NCBI GenBank assembly: GCA_964504135.1
Contig: CAZDCW010000001.1
Span: forward strand, 90,667 to 146,829
DNA from: an uncultured Methanosarcinales archaeon
GTDB lineage: Archaea > Nanobdellota > Nanobdellia > Woesearchaeales > UBA10216
Reading direction: 5' to 3'
DNA: 56,163 bases
Under the pieces are notes generated by a model. That model was not told where the DNA came from. It saw only the letters and a list, made by a program, of their open reading frames with translations, and ran no database searches. A program made the translations under genes and the position numbers. This document shows, in pieces, positions 49,146 through 56,163 of this stretch. Positions within the stretch are counted from its first letter, which is position 1; the number at the start of each line of letters is the position of its first letter.

Positions 49146-49646
49146 ATGAAAGGGCTTTCAAAAACTGAAATTGCTGCCATAGCGGACCTGGAATTCAGGC
49201 AGAAGTATTATTTCACAAAAGAGGACATAAAAGGCCATTTTCAAAACAAGCGGCAGATTACCAACACAACATACACCCTGAGGAAAAAAGGAAGAATAGC
49301 GTCCCTTAACAAAAACAAGTACTTCCTTGTGCCAATAAAGGCAAGAGCAGGAAAGTGGACGGACACCCCCCTTATAATCGCGGATGAGATGTTCAATGGA
49401 AAAGATTACTTCATAGCCGGCTGGTATGCCGCATTCTACTGGAGGCTTACAGACCAGGTTCCAATGCAGGTGGACATTTACACCACCAAAAGGCAGGGAA
49501 AGAAAACCCTGCTTAACAAGCGATTCGTTTTTCATAGAACCACTAAAAAGAGGATAGGTGAAGCGGTAACACGGAAAATTCAGGGGCATGCCTTTAAAAT
49601 ACTGTCCAGGGGTGCTTCAAAAAGATGGATGAAATCAAGAGAATAA
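49146..49646 (+). CDS. abiEi: AbiEi-like antitoxin / transcriptional regulator (short form)
   Basis: N-terminal wHTH-like FTKEDIKGHF...TYTLRKKGRIASLNKNKYFLVP, then GWYAAFYWRLTDQVPMQVDIYT. It overlaps the downstream NTase gene by 22 nt. Confidence 0.7.
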   Translation: MKGLSKTEIAAIADLEFRQKYYFTKEDIKGHFQNKRQITNTTYTLRKKGRIASLNKNKYFLVPIKARAGKWTDTPLIIADEMFNGKDYFIAGWYAAFYWRLTDQVPMQVDIYTTKRQGKKTLLNKRFVFHRTTKKRIGEAVTRKIQGHAFKILSRGASKRWMKSRE

Positions 49647-50416
49647 GCCATGACGAGCTTACGGAGATAGTTGCAATTCACGGATTTGATCCGGATCTGG
49701 TGGCCAAGGACTATTACATTACCTCTATATTATACCTGATAAAGGAGGTGGAAGGCATATATTTCAAGGGAGGGACAGCCCTTCAAAAAATATTCCTGAA
49801 CTACTCCAGGCTCAGTGAGGACATAGATTTTACAGTAACAGGGGACGTGCAAGCAATAACAAGGGAAATCATCAGCATATTGGAGGCAAGCACATTATTT
49901 GGAGAAATAACCAAGGATAAGGATGTTGAGGGCTTTACAAGACTGGAAGTCCATTACAGGGGGGTTGGTAATGAAAAAGGAGCGGTGTTTGTGGACCTTA
50001 ACAGGAGGGCAAAACTTCTGATGAACCCTGAAAAGCATGAAATAAGGCATTTTTACAATGGGTTCATTCCCGAATTTTCATTCAGCACGCTGGCAAAAGA
50101 GGAGATTGTTGCTGAAAAGGTTGCAGCTGCAATTGGAAGAAACATGCCCAGAGACCATTTTGACATTTACAGGATTATCAAGGCAAAGCTGCCTGTAAAC
50201 TTGGAGCTGGTCAGGAAGAAGTGCTCTGATGCGAATGTAGAGTTTAACATCATACGAATGTTTGACAAGGCGCAGAAGCTGAAGACAAGGTGGGATAGTG
50301 ATTTAGTCCCGCTTTTGGCCGAGGAAGTGAGTTTTAAGGAAGTTATTGCTGCGCTAGCCAGGCACTTCAACCTAAAAGAGGAAAAGAATAGGCAAAAATT
50401 GTACACTATTTTATAG
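49625..50416 (+). CDS. abiEii: AbiEii/AbiGii-family nucleotidyltransferase toxin (DUF1814)
   Basis: FKGGTALQKIFLNYSRLSEDIDFTV carries the NTase GG...S.D.D motif of this family. The length is typical. Confidence 0.85.
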   Translation: MDEIKRISHDELTEIVAIHGFDPDLVAKDYYITSILYLIKEVEGIYFKGGTALQKIFLNYSRLSEDIDFTVTGDVQAITREIISILEASTLFGEITKDKDVEGFTRLEVHYRGVGNEKGAVFVDLNRRAKLLMNPEKHEIRHFYNGFIPEFSFSTLAKEEIVAEKVAAAIGRNMPRDHFDIYRIIKAKLPVNLELVRKKCSDANVEFNIIRMFDKAQKLKTRWDSDLVPLLAEEVSFKEVIAALARHFNLKEEKNRQKLYTIL

Positions 50417-50750
50417 GTTTAAGTTCAAAACTTTTAGAAACAAAATCAAGGTAAACTTGCAGGTACGCATAAGTTAGAATTATTATTAGCAATAATAAGC
50501 ATGCGCCACCTAGATAAATTAATTTTTGATTATTTTTCTGAACACCGAAAAATGATGATGTTAAGGAAGCTAATGCCAATCCGGTAATTAGAAAAATAAA
50601 GAAAATGAAACCTAAAATGCTCGGGATTGATACTTTGCCTGTACTAACATAGAATGTAAATAGCCCGGAAGATATACTTAAGAAGGTGATTGTCCCACTA
50701 AAAATCATCGCTCCAAGTTTTTGATTTATAGACTCTGCCATTTTATTCAA
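50406..50750 (-). CDS. small polytopic membrane protein (114 aa)
   Basis: Three to four hydrophobic segments and very low GC. Overlaps the upstream gene by 8 nt and the abiEii 3' end by 11 nt. Confidence 0.5.
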   Translation of the reverse strand: MNKMAESINQKLGAMIFSGTITFLSISSGLFTFYVSTGKVSIPSILGFIFFIFLITGLALASLTSSFFGVQKNNQKLIYLGGACLLLLIIILTYAYLQVYLDFVSKSFELKPIK

Positions 50751-51147
50751 TTTTTATTTTCTCTTTGTACGACCCTAATGTAACTCCGTTGTTTTGTGTT
50801 AAAATAGCTTCAATTGTGATATTGCCTTTTAGTTCTCCTTTCAAAGGGTAAACTGACCGTCCTATCCCAACTTCGTTTATTTCAGCAGAAAGTAGTTGTT
50901 GATTTTGTTCATTGAGCAAAACAAGATTTAATTCAAAATCGCCAAAAGGATTACTTTTCGAAAATAGATAAATTACAGGCTTTTTAGTTGTTTCTATATT
51001 CACAAAATCAAGTTTTGGTTCTCTCTCTGTGCCTGAAACCTTAACTATGATTTCTTTCGATTCAACCACAGGATAAAGAAAAAGCACTCCTATTAAAACA
51101 ATAATTGCTAAAAATGCCCAAACACTTAGTTGTCCCTTACTTGTCAT
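50743..51147 (-). CDS. small protein with a class III signal-like N-terminus (134 aa)
   Basis: MTSKGQLSVWAFLAIIVLIGVLFLY has a KGQ motif plus a hydrophobic helix, like the pilins of this window. The remainder is beta-rich. About 28-33% GC. Confidence 0.5.
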   Translation of the reverse strand: MTSKGQLSVWAFLAIIVLIGVLFLYPVVESKEIIVKVSGTEREPKLDFVNIETTKKPVIYLFSKSNPFGDFELNLVLLNEQNQQLLSAEINEVGIGRSVYPLKGELKGNITIEAILTQNNGVTLGSYKEKIKIE

Positions 51148-51432
51148 AAACCTTGCTCAAACTGTGCCATTTTTAAACTTTCCTCATTCCTCCGAAAGCC
51201 CTTGCGGTAATTCAATAGGGCTCATATAGACAAGCATTTCGTTTTGCTATTCAAGATTGACCACTCAAGAAAAATTGTTGATGTATAATACTACGGCAAT
51301 CATGATAAAGTTTACCAATGGAAACCAAAAGAATGATACTCTGTGTGGTACCATTTTCCCATCCCCGGTAGGGGAATAAGAAAGAAGAAGCCACAGCCTA
51401 CCACTAACCATTAACTACCCGCAACCAACCAC

Positions 51433-52218
51433 TTAAACCAGTCTCCTCTCGGCATACTCCACCATGTTCCTGTATATCTTCAGCCCTTGCCCTTCCTCTG
51501 GCAACTCTTCCCTTGTCCATCTTGGGTGCTGGTATTTGCTGACTATCTTCTCAGGGTGTGGCATCATTCCGAATACGTTTCCCTTTTCATTTGTCACCGC
51601 GGCTATGTTCTGCATTGACCCATTCGGGTTGTGCGGGTATTCAGGGCTTTCGTTTCCTTCCCTGTCGCAGTATCTGAATGCTATCTGGCTGTTCTTGTTT
51701 AGCTTCCTCAGCGTTTCTTCTTCTGCAACAAACCTTCCCTCGCCATGGTTTATCGGCAGGTATATTTTTTCTATTCCTTTGGTGAATATTCCCCTGCCCG
51801 CAGCTTTTATGTATATCCACCGGTCTTCAAAGTGCCCTGATGTGTTGTCAGTCAGTGTTGCCGTGCAGTTTCCGGGGAGGAATCCTGTCTTTGCCAGTAC
51901 CTGGAATCCGTTGCAGATTCCTGCCAGTATCCTTCCTTCATCCACAAATTCCTGGAACTCCCTCTTTAGGGCCTGTTTTATCTGCAGGGCCATTATCCTT
52001 CCTGCGCCGAGGTCGTCTCCGTAGCTGAATCCGCCGGGTATTACGGCTATTTGGCAGTCTGCCAGTTTTATCCTGCCTCTTATAAGCTCGTTTATGTGGG
52101 CCTGCTGGGTGTTCGCTCCTGCCAGTTGCAGGGCGTGCTCGGTTTCGTCATTGCAGTTGAGCCCGGCTCCTCTCAGTACCAACGCTTTTGCTTTCAAGGC
52201 TTCAGCCCCTCCTTCCAT
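51433..52218 (-). CDS. purQ: FGAM synthase, glutamine amidotransferase subunit
   Basis: IPGGFSYGDDLGAG, GICNGFQVLAKTG (Cys nucleophile), MMPHPEK. Confidence 0.95.
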   Translation of the reverse strand: MEGGAEALKAKALVLRGAGLNCNDETEHALQLAGANTQQAHINELIRGRIKLADCQIAVIPGGFSYGDDLGAGRIMALQIKQALKREFQEFVDEGRILAGICNGFQVLAKTGFLPGNCTATLTDNTSGHFEDRWIYIKAAGRGIFTKGIEKIYLPINHGEGRFVAEEETLRKLNKNSQIAFRYCDREGNESPEYPHNPNGSMQNIAAVTNEKGNVFGMMPHPEKIVSKYQHPRWTREELPEEGQGLKIYRNMVEYAERRLV

Positions 52219-55028
52219 GCTTTTTTCAGGTCGTAAATGCTTTCGTTTACAGTTTCTTTCCCGTTAAGCCCTGTAACGACAAGCCTTTTTTCAGCAGTGG
52301 TTTCCCCGATGGCGGCCAATGGAATTCCGTCCATTGCCATGAGGAACCCTTCCTCAGCCTCCCTTTCTATTTCAGCCATGAACCTTGTGTTGCTTTGCGA
52401 GAAGAGTATCTTGTCATTTCTTAAGGTGCCCTCATACTGCACTTTTCCAAGGTCTGCCTTTATCCCCAGGTCTCCTGAGAAGGCCATTTCAGCGAGTGCG
52501 ACCGCAATTCCGCCTTCTGAGCAGTCGTGGCAGCTTTTTACCAGGCCATGGCTGATTGCGTCGTGCAGCTTTTTGAATGTGTCAGGCGCGGTTGTCCTGA
52601 CTGTGGGCACGTTTTTCCCTGTTTCGCCATGCAGCTCGTAGTAGTGGCTTCCTCCAAGCTCGTCGTATGTCATTCCCACAGCGTATATTCTGTTTCCCAT
52701 TTTTTTCAGGTCCATCGTTATGCACTTTCTTATGTCTTCAGTTACGCTTATTGCCGAGATTAGCAGCGTGTCCGGGACGCTTATTGTTTTTCCCTTGGAG
52801 GAGAATTCGTTGTGGAGGCTGTCTTTTCCTGATATGAATGGCATCTGGAAAAGCACTGAAATGTCATGGCATGCCTGCGCCGCCCTCACAAGCGGCCCCA
52901 GCTTTGCCTCGTCGGATACGCTTCCCCAGCAGAAGTTGTCCAGCAATGCCGTGTGCTCTGGGTTTCCTCCTGTTGCCACAAGGTTTCTTGTTGCCTCGTC
53001 TATTGCAGAGGCTGCCATCCAGTAGGGGTCTATCTGGCTGTACAGCGGGTTTATTCCGTTTGCCACCACCACTCCCCTGTGGGAGTTAAACAGCGGCTTG
53101 ATTACTGCTGCGTCCCCAGGCCCGTCATTTGCTGCCCCTACCAGCGGCTTGATTACCGTTCCAGCCTGCACTTCATGGTCGTATTGCCTTATTACCCATT
53201 CCTTGCTTGCTATTGTTGGGTGTGACAGCAGTCTTTTTAGTGTCTCCCCGTAGTTTTCCTCCTCTTTGATGAGTGGCTCGCTTAGTTTTGGCTTCTTCCA
53301 TACTGCTTTTCTTTTGCTCATTGGAATGCCTTTGTGGAGGAATTCCATGTCCAGGTCGCCCACTTTTTGTCCGCTGTGGAATAATTCCAGTTGCCCGGTT
53401 GTTGTAAACTCCCCTATTACTGCGGCTTCAGTGTCCTCGGTCGCGCACACATTTAGGAATTCCCTGAGTTTTTCTCTTGGGACCGCTATTATCATCCTTT
53501 CCTGTGATTCAGATACCCATATTTCCCAGGGTCTCATTCCTTCATATTTCAGGGGAGCTTTTTCAAGTTCTACAATCGCTCCTGTTTCGGCTGCCATTTC
53601 GCCTATGGCTGAGCTGAAGCCTCCTGCCCCGCAGTCTGTTATGCTGTTGTACAGCCCTTTGTCTCTGGCTATGAGCAGCGCATCAAGCATTTTTTTTTCC
53701 TCAATCGCGTTTCCTATCTGGACTGCGCTGCTTGATGAGCTTTCGTCCAGTATTGCTGAGCTGAATGTTGCCCCGTGTATTCCATCACGGCCTGTCCTTC
53801 CGCCGACAGCCACTATCAGGTCTCCTGGCATAGCCTTTTTTCCAGGCAGTCCGCTTGGCATTATTCCTGCTGTTCCGCAGAACACAAGCGGAGCTCCAAG
53901 GTAGTCTTTGTGGAACACTATTGCGCCGTTTACTGTTGGTATTCCCATCCTGTTTCCATAGTCTCTTACCCCTGCAACGACTCCCCTCATTATCCTTTTC
54001 GGGTGCAGTATCCTTTCAGGCAGCTCATCCTTGAAGTCAGGGCTTGCAAAGCAGAATATGTCTGTGTTGAGTATCGGCTTTGCCCCCATTCCAGCCCCAA
54101 GCACGTCCCTTATCACCCCTCCAAGTCCTGTGTTAGCCCCTCCATACGGGTCCAGTGCGCTTGGATGGTTATGGGTTTCAACCTTGAAGGCTATGTTATG
54201 CGCTTCGTCAAATTTTATTATTCCAGCGTTATCCTTGAATACGGATATAAGCCATGGCTTGGCTGTCTTCCCGGTTGCCGCAACTATCGTCTCCTTGAAC
54301 AGGTTCTCTATTGTCTCCTGCCTTCCGTCATTGTCGAACTCTATTTCAGAGTTGAAGGTTTTGTGCTTGCAGTGCTCGCTCCATGTCTGGGCTATTGTCT
54401 CTATTTCCACGTCAGTCGGCTCCCTTCCGAGCTGCGCGAAATGTTTCTGTATGGCCTTCATTTCTTCAAGGTTTAGTGATAGCAGTCCTTCGTTGCTTAG
54501 CTTCAGGAGGTCTTCGTCCTTTAATGTGGTTATCTGTACTGTCTCTGCCATGTGTGCAGCGTTCTCATGGCCTGTTTCTTCCTCTTCGTCCAGCTTTTCA
54601 TATCCAATCCTGCAGTCCTGTATTATGCTGTTGGACAGGTATGCTGCTATCCTTTTGGCCTGCTCTGCGTTTATTCCTTCTATTGCTGTGACTGCAGATA
54701 TCTTTACCCCTGCTTCGCCTGCGATTCCAAGCTGCCTTAACGCCTTGGCTGCGCTGAGCTCTGCAGGGTCCTGCACGCCCTTTTTGTAGGATATTTCAAG
54801 CACCCAGCTTGCCGGGTGCCTTGCCCTTCCATGCCTGTATTCCTGTACAAGTTGATCGGCCAGCACGTTGGCCGCTATTTCCCCGGCCAGTTCCACGCTT
54901 ATTCCCTTTATCGTGTAGGCTGTTCCTGTTTTTATTTTTCCGGCCTTTATTCCGAGGTCTTCAAGCAGTGCCTGGCCAAGCCTTTCGGCAGAGTGCATTT
55001 CCCTTGGATACACCTCAATCCTCGGCAT
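52194..55028 (-). CDS. purL: FGAM synthase II (PurL) with an N-terminal tandem PurS-PurS fusion
   Basis: The PurL body starts at about residue 160 (LGREPTDVEIETIAQTWSEHCKHKTF). Residues 1-155 contain two PurS-like units (second: VLEISYKKGVQDPAELSAAKALRQLG...LSNSIIQDCRIGYE). Confidence 0.95.
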   Translation of the reverse strand: MPRIEVYPREMHSAERLGQALLEDLGIKAGKIKTGTAYTIKGISVELAGEIAANVLADQLVQEYRHGRARHPASWVLEISYKKGVQDPAELSAAKALRQLGIAGEAGVKISAVTAIEGINAEQAKRIAAYLSNSIIQDCRIGYEKLDEEEETGHENAAHMAETVQITTLKDEDLLKLSNEGLLSLNLEEMKAIQKHFAQLGREPTDVEIETIAQTWSEHCKHKTFNSEIEFDNDGRQETIENLFKETIVAATGKTAKPWLISVFKDNAGIIKFDEAHNIAFKVETHNHPSALDPYGGANTGLGGVIRDVLGAGMGAKPILNTDIFCFASPDFKDELPERILHPKRIMRGVVAGVRDYGNRMGIPTVNGAIVFHKDYLGAPLVFCGTAGIMPSGLPGKKAMPGDLIVAVGGRTGRDGIHGATFSSAILDESSSSSAVQIGNAIEEKKMLDALLIARDKGLYNSITDCGAGGFSSAIGEMAAETGAIVELEKAPLKYEGMRPWEIWVSESQERMIIAVPREKLREFLNVCATEDTEAAVIGEFTTTGQLELFHSGQKVGDLDMEFLHKGIPMSKRKAVWKKPKLSEPLIKEEENYGETLKRLLSHPTIASKEWVIRQYDHEVQAGTVIKPLVGAANDGPGDAAVIKPLFNSHRGVVVANGINPLYSQIDPYWMAASAIDEATRNLVATGGNPEHTALLDNFCWGSVSDEAKLGPLVRAAQACHDISVLFQMPFISGKDSLHNEFSSKGKTISVPDTLLISAISVTEDIRKCITMDLKKMGNRIYAVGMTYDELGGSHYYELHGETGKNVPTVRTTAPDTFKKLHDAISHGLVKSCHDCSEGGIAVALAEMAFSGDLGIKADLGKVQYEGTLRNDKILFSQSNTRFMAEIEREAEEGFLMAMDGIPLAAIGETTAEKRLVVTGLNGKETVNESIYDLKKAWKEGLKP

Positions 55029-56043
55029 ACATTACCCCTTTTCCAGGCTTGGCCTGCCCTATTATCCATGCCTTTTCGCCCATTTGCTTCAGCCTGCCCC
55101 ATGCGCTTGCGGCTTCCTTTTTGTCAACCGCTATTATGAGCCCGATTCCCATGTTGAATGTCCTGTGCATGTCCTCTTCAGGCACATTTCCATTTTCCTG
55201 GAGCCATTTGAATATTGGCAGGATTTCCCAGGCGCCTTTTCTTATCTCAGCGCCTATGCCATTTGGAAGTATTCTTGGCAGGTTGTCTGTTATCCCTCCC
55301 CCTGTGATATGGGCGATGCCTTTTATTCCGCATGTTTTCTTTAGCTCAAAAATCGCAGTTACATACTCCCTGTGCGGCTCAAGCAGCACATTTCCAATGG
55401 CCCTCCCAAGTTCTGGAACGTGGCTGTCGGTCTTGAGCCCTGCTGTTTCAAATGCTATTTTTCTCGCCAGAGAATAGCCGTTTGTGTGCAGTCCTGTGCT
55501 GGCTATTCCTATCAGGGCATCACCTTCTTTTATTGAGCTGCCGTCTATTATCTCAGCCCTTTCTACAACGCCTCCCATGGTGCCTGCAAGTTCATGTTCT
55601 CCTTTCATGTATGTGCCTGGCATCTGTGCTGTTTCTCCGCCTACAAGAACAACATTAAGCTTCCTGCAGGCTTCAGCCACCCCCTTTACAAGCTGTGCAG
55701 CAATTTCAGGGTTTATCCTGTCAGAGGCTATGTAATCCAGGAAGAAGATTGGCTTTGCCCCGCTTGTTAGGATGTCATTGGCGCAGTGGTTTACCACGTC
55801 ATATCCGACGGTGTCATACTTGTTCATCACCCTGGCTATTGCCATCTTTGTGCCCACTCCGTCTGTGCTTAGCATCAGCGCAGGTTCTTTGTAGCCTGCA
55901 AAATCCGCTTTTATCCCTCCGCAGAAGAATCCGGCGTCCATTACAGAAAGCTCGTTTCGGGTTTCCTTTACATGCTCTTTTATTCTCTGCTTCGCCTTTT
56001 CAGCGGCGTCTATGTCCACTCCCGCTTCCCTGTAGGTGGTCAT
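55015..56043 (-). CDS. purM: AIR synthetase
   Basis: MTTYREAGVDIDAAEKA, LSTDGVGTK, DYIA, GGETAQMPG, HITGGG. Confidence 0.95.
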   Translation of the reverse strand: MTTYREAGVDIDAAEKAKQRIKEHVKETRNELSVMDAGFFCGGIKADFAGYKEPALMLSTDGVGTKMAIARVMNKYDTVGYDVVNHCANDILTSGAKPIFFLDYIASDRINPEIAAQLVKGVAEACRKLNVVLVGGETAQMPGTYMKGEHELAGTMGGVVERAEIIDGSSIKEGDALIGIASTGLHTNGYSLARKIAFETAGLKTDSHVPELGRAIGNVLLEPHREYVTAIFELKKTCGIKGIAHITGGGITDNLPRILPNGIGAEIRKGAWEILPIFKWLQENGNVPEEDMHRTFNMGIGLIIAVDKKEAASAWGRLKQMGEKAWIIGQAKPGKGVMYAED

Positions 56044-56065
56044 TAACCTGGCGGATTTCGGCCGT

Positions 56066-56076
56066 CTTTTTATTGG
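56066..56076 (-). promoter_or_regulatory. TATA-like box for purM-purL-purQ
   Basis: The minus strand reads CCAATAAAAAG, centred about 28 nt upstream of ATG 56043. Confidence 0.35.
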
Positions 56077-56163
56077 TTTCTGAATGCCGGCTCTGCGGCC
56101 ACAAAATTTTTATTCTATTGCATTGTACAGCTTTTTCATATCATTTAAGTCCAGGTATAAAGC

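Noticed and set aside
51302-51378. 25-codon ORF (MIKFTNGNQKNDTLCGTIFPSPVGE) in the 285-nt spacer after the islet.
   Set aside because: It is too short, has no SD or TATA in the right position and no recognisable features. It is likely chance.
51395-51432. G/T-rich motif just after the purQ stop (minus strand GTGGTTGGTTGCGGGT) resembling the one after the guaA stop (39341-39359, TTGGTGGTTGGCGGTT).
   Set aside because: There are only two occurrences and the match is short and imperfect. This could be chance, so it is not reported as an element without a genome-wide count.
52237-54789. Many plus-strand ORFs of 60-250 aa opposite purL, with similar sets opposite purB, purP, purC, guaA and the S16 protease.
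   Set aside because: They are antisense to genes with unambiguous enzyme motifs. Their translations are Ser/Leu/Cys/Pro-rich and low in complexity, which is typical of shadow ORFs in ~50% GC DNA.
1-56163. Search for rRNA, tRNA, CRISPR arrays, integrases and transposases.
   Set aside because: I saw none of the following: cloverleaf-compatible segments with a GTTCGAAT-type T-loop, regularly spaced 25-40-nt direct repeats, and recombinase or DDE-like translations. Because of this, the low-GC blocks are not labelled as mobile elements.

Overview
All calls were made by eye from the sequence and the ORF track. No searches were run, so domain names are motif-memory calls that need HMM confirmation.

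The window looks archaeal:
- It carries two formate-dependent PurP genes, class III (type IV prepilin-like) signal peptides with Gln at +1, and an HTH_10 regulator.
- AT-rich TATA-like boxes sit about 28 nt upstream of several ATGs, which suggests leaderless transcripts.
- The backbone is about 50% GC in hand-counted 60-nt samples. It is interrupted by several low-GC stretches (about 28-37%).

Contents from left to right:
1. A 5'-truncated MoxR AAA+ ATPase gene (2-787) and its usual DUF58 partner (14200-15045) are separated by a 13.4-kb low-GC block. The block holds four co-directional secreted-protein genes: a lipoprotein with a subtilisin-prodomain-like C-terminus, a 1541-aa S8 protease, a 2068-aa CARDB/Ig-like giant and a 623-aa DUF2341-like protein.
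2. A roughly 590-bp low-GC RelE-like cassette is bounded by a duplicated copy of the DUF58 3' end. An AbrB-like gene follows it.
3. An Epd/Tad-like type IV pilus locus follows. It has a wHTH coiled-coil protein, a GspE/FlaI-type ATPase, two single-domain T2SSF platform genes and an operon of pilin-like genes that includes a 901-aa vWA-bearing pilin-like protein. The major pilin candidate is split off from this operon by a low-GC two-gene cassette whose larger product ends in an Smr-like domain.
4. Housekeeping and envelope genes come next: ahcY, a TIM-barrel protein, a PfkB kinase, a Cys-rich secreted protein, a PLD, and a secreted S16 Lon-like protease next to a 4-gene coiled-coil/membrane operon.
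5. A large purine/GMP gene array on the minus strand (guaA, GNAT, purP, EamA, HAD, purP, purB, purC, HAD, purE ... purQ, purL, purM) is split by a roughly 3-kb accessory islet. The islet holds VapBC, AbiEi/AbiEii and a low-GC pair of small membrane proteins. PurL carries an N-terminal tandem PurS-PurS fusion.

No rRNA, tRNA, CRISPR array, integrase or transposase was recognised.
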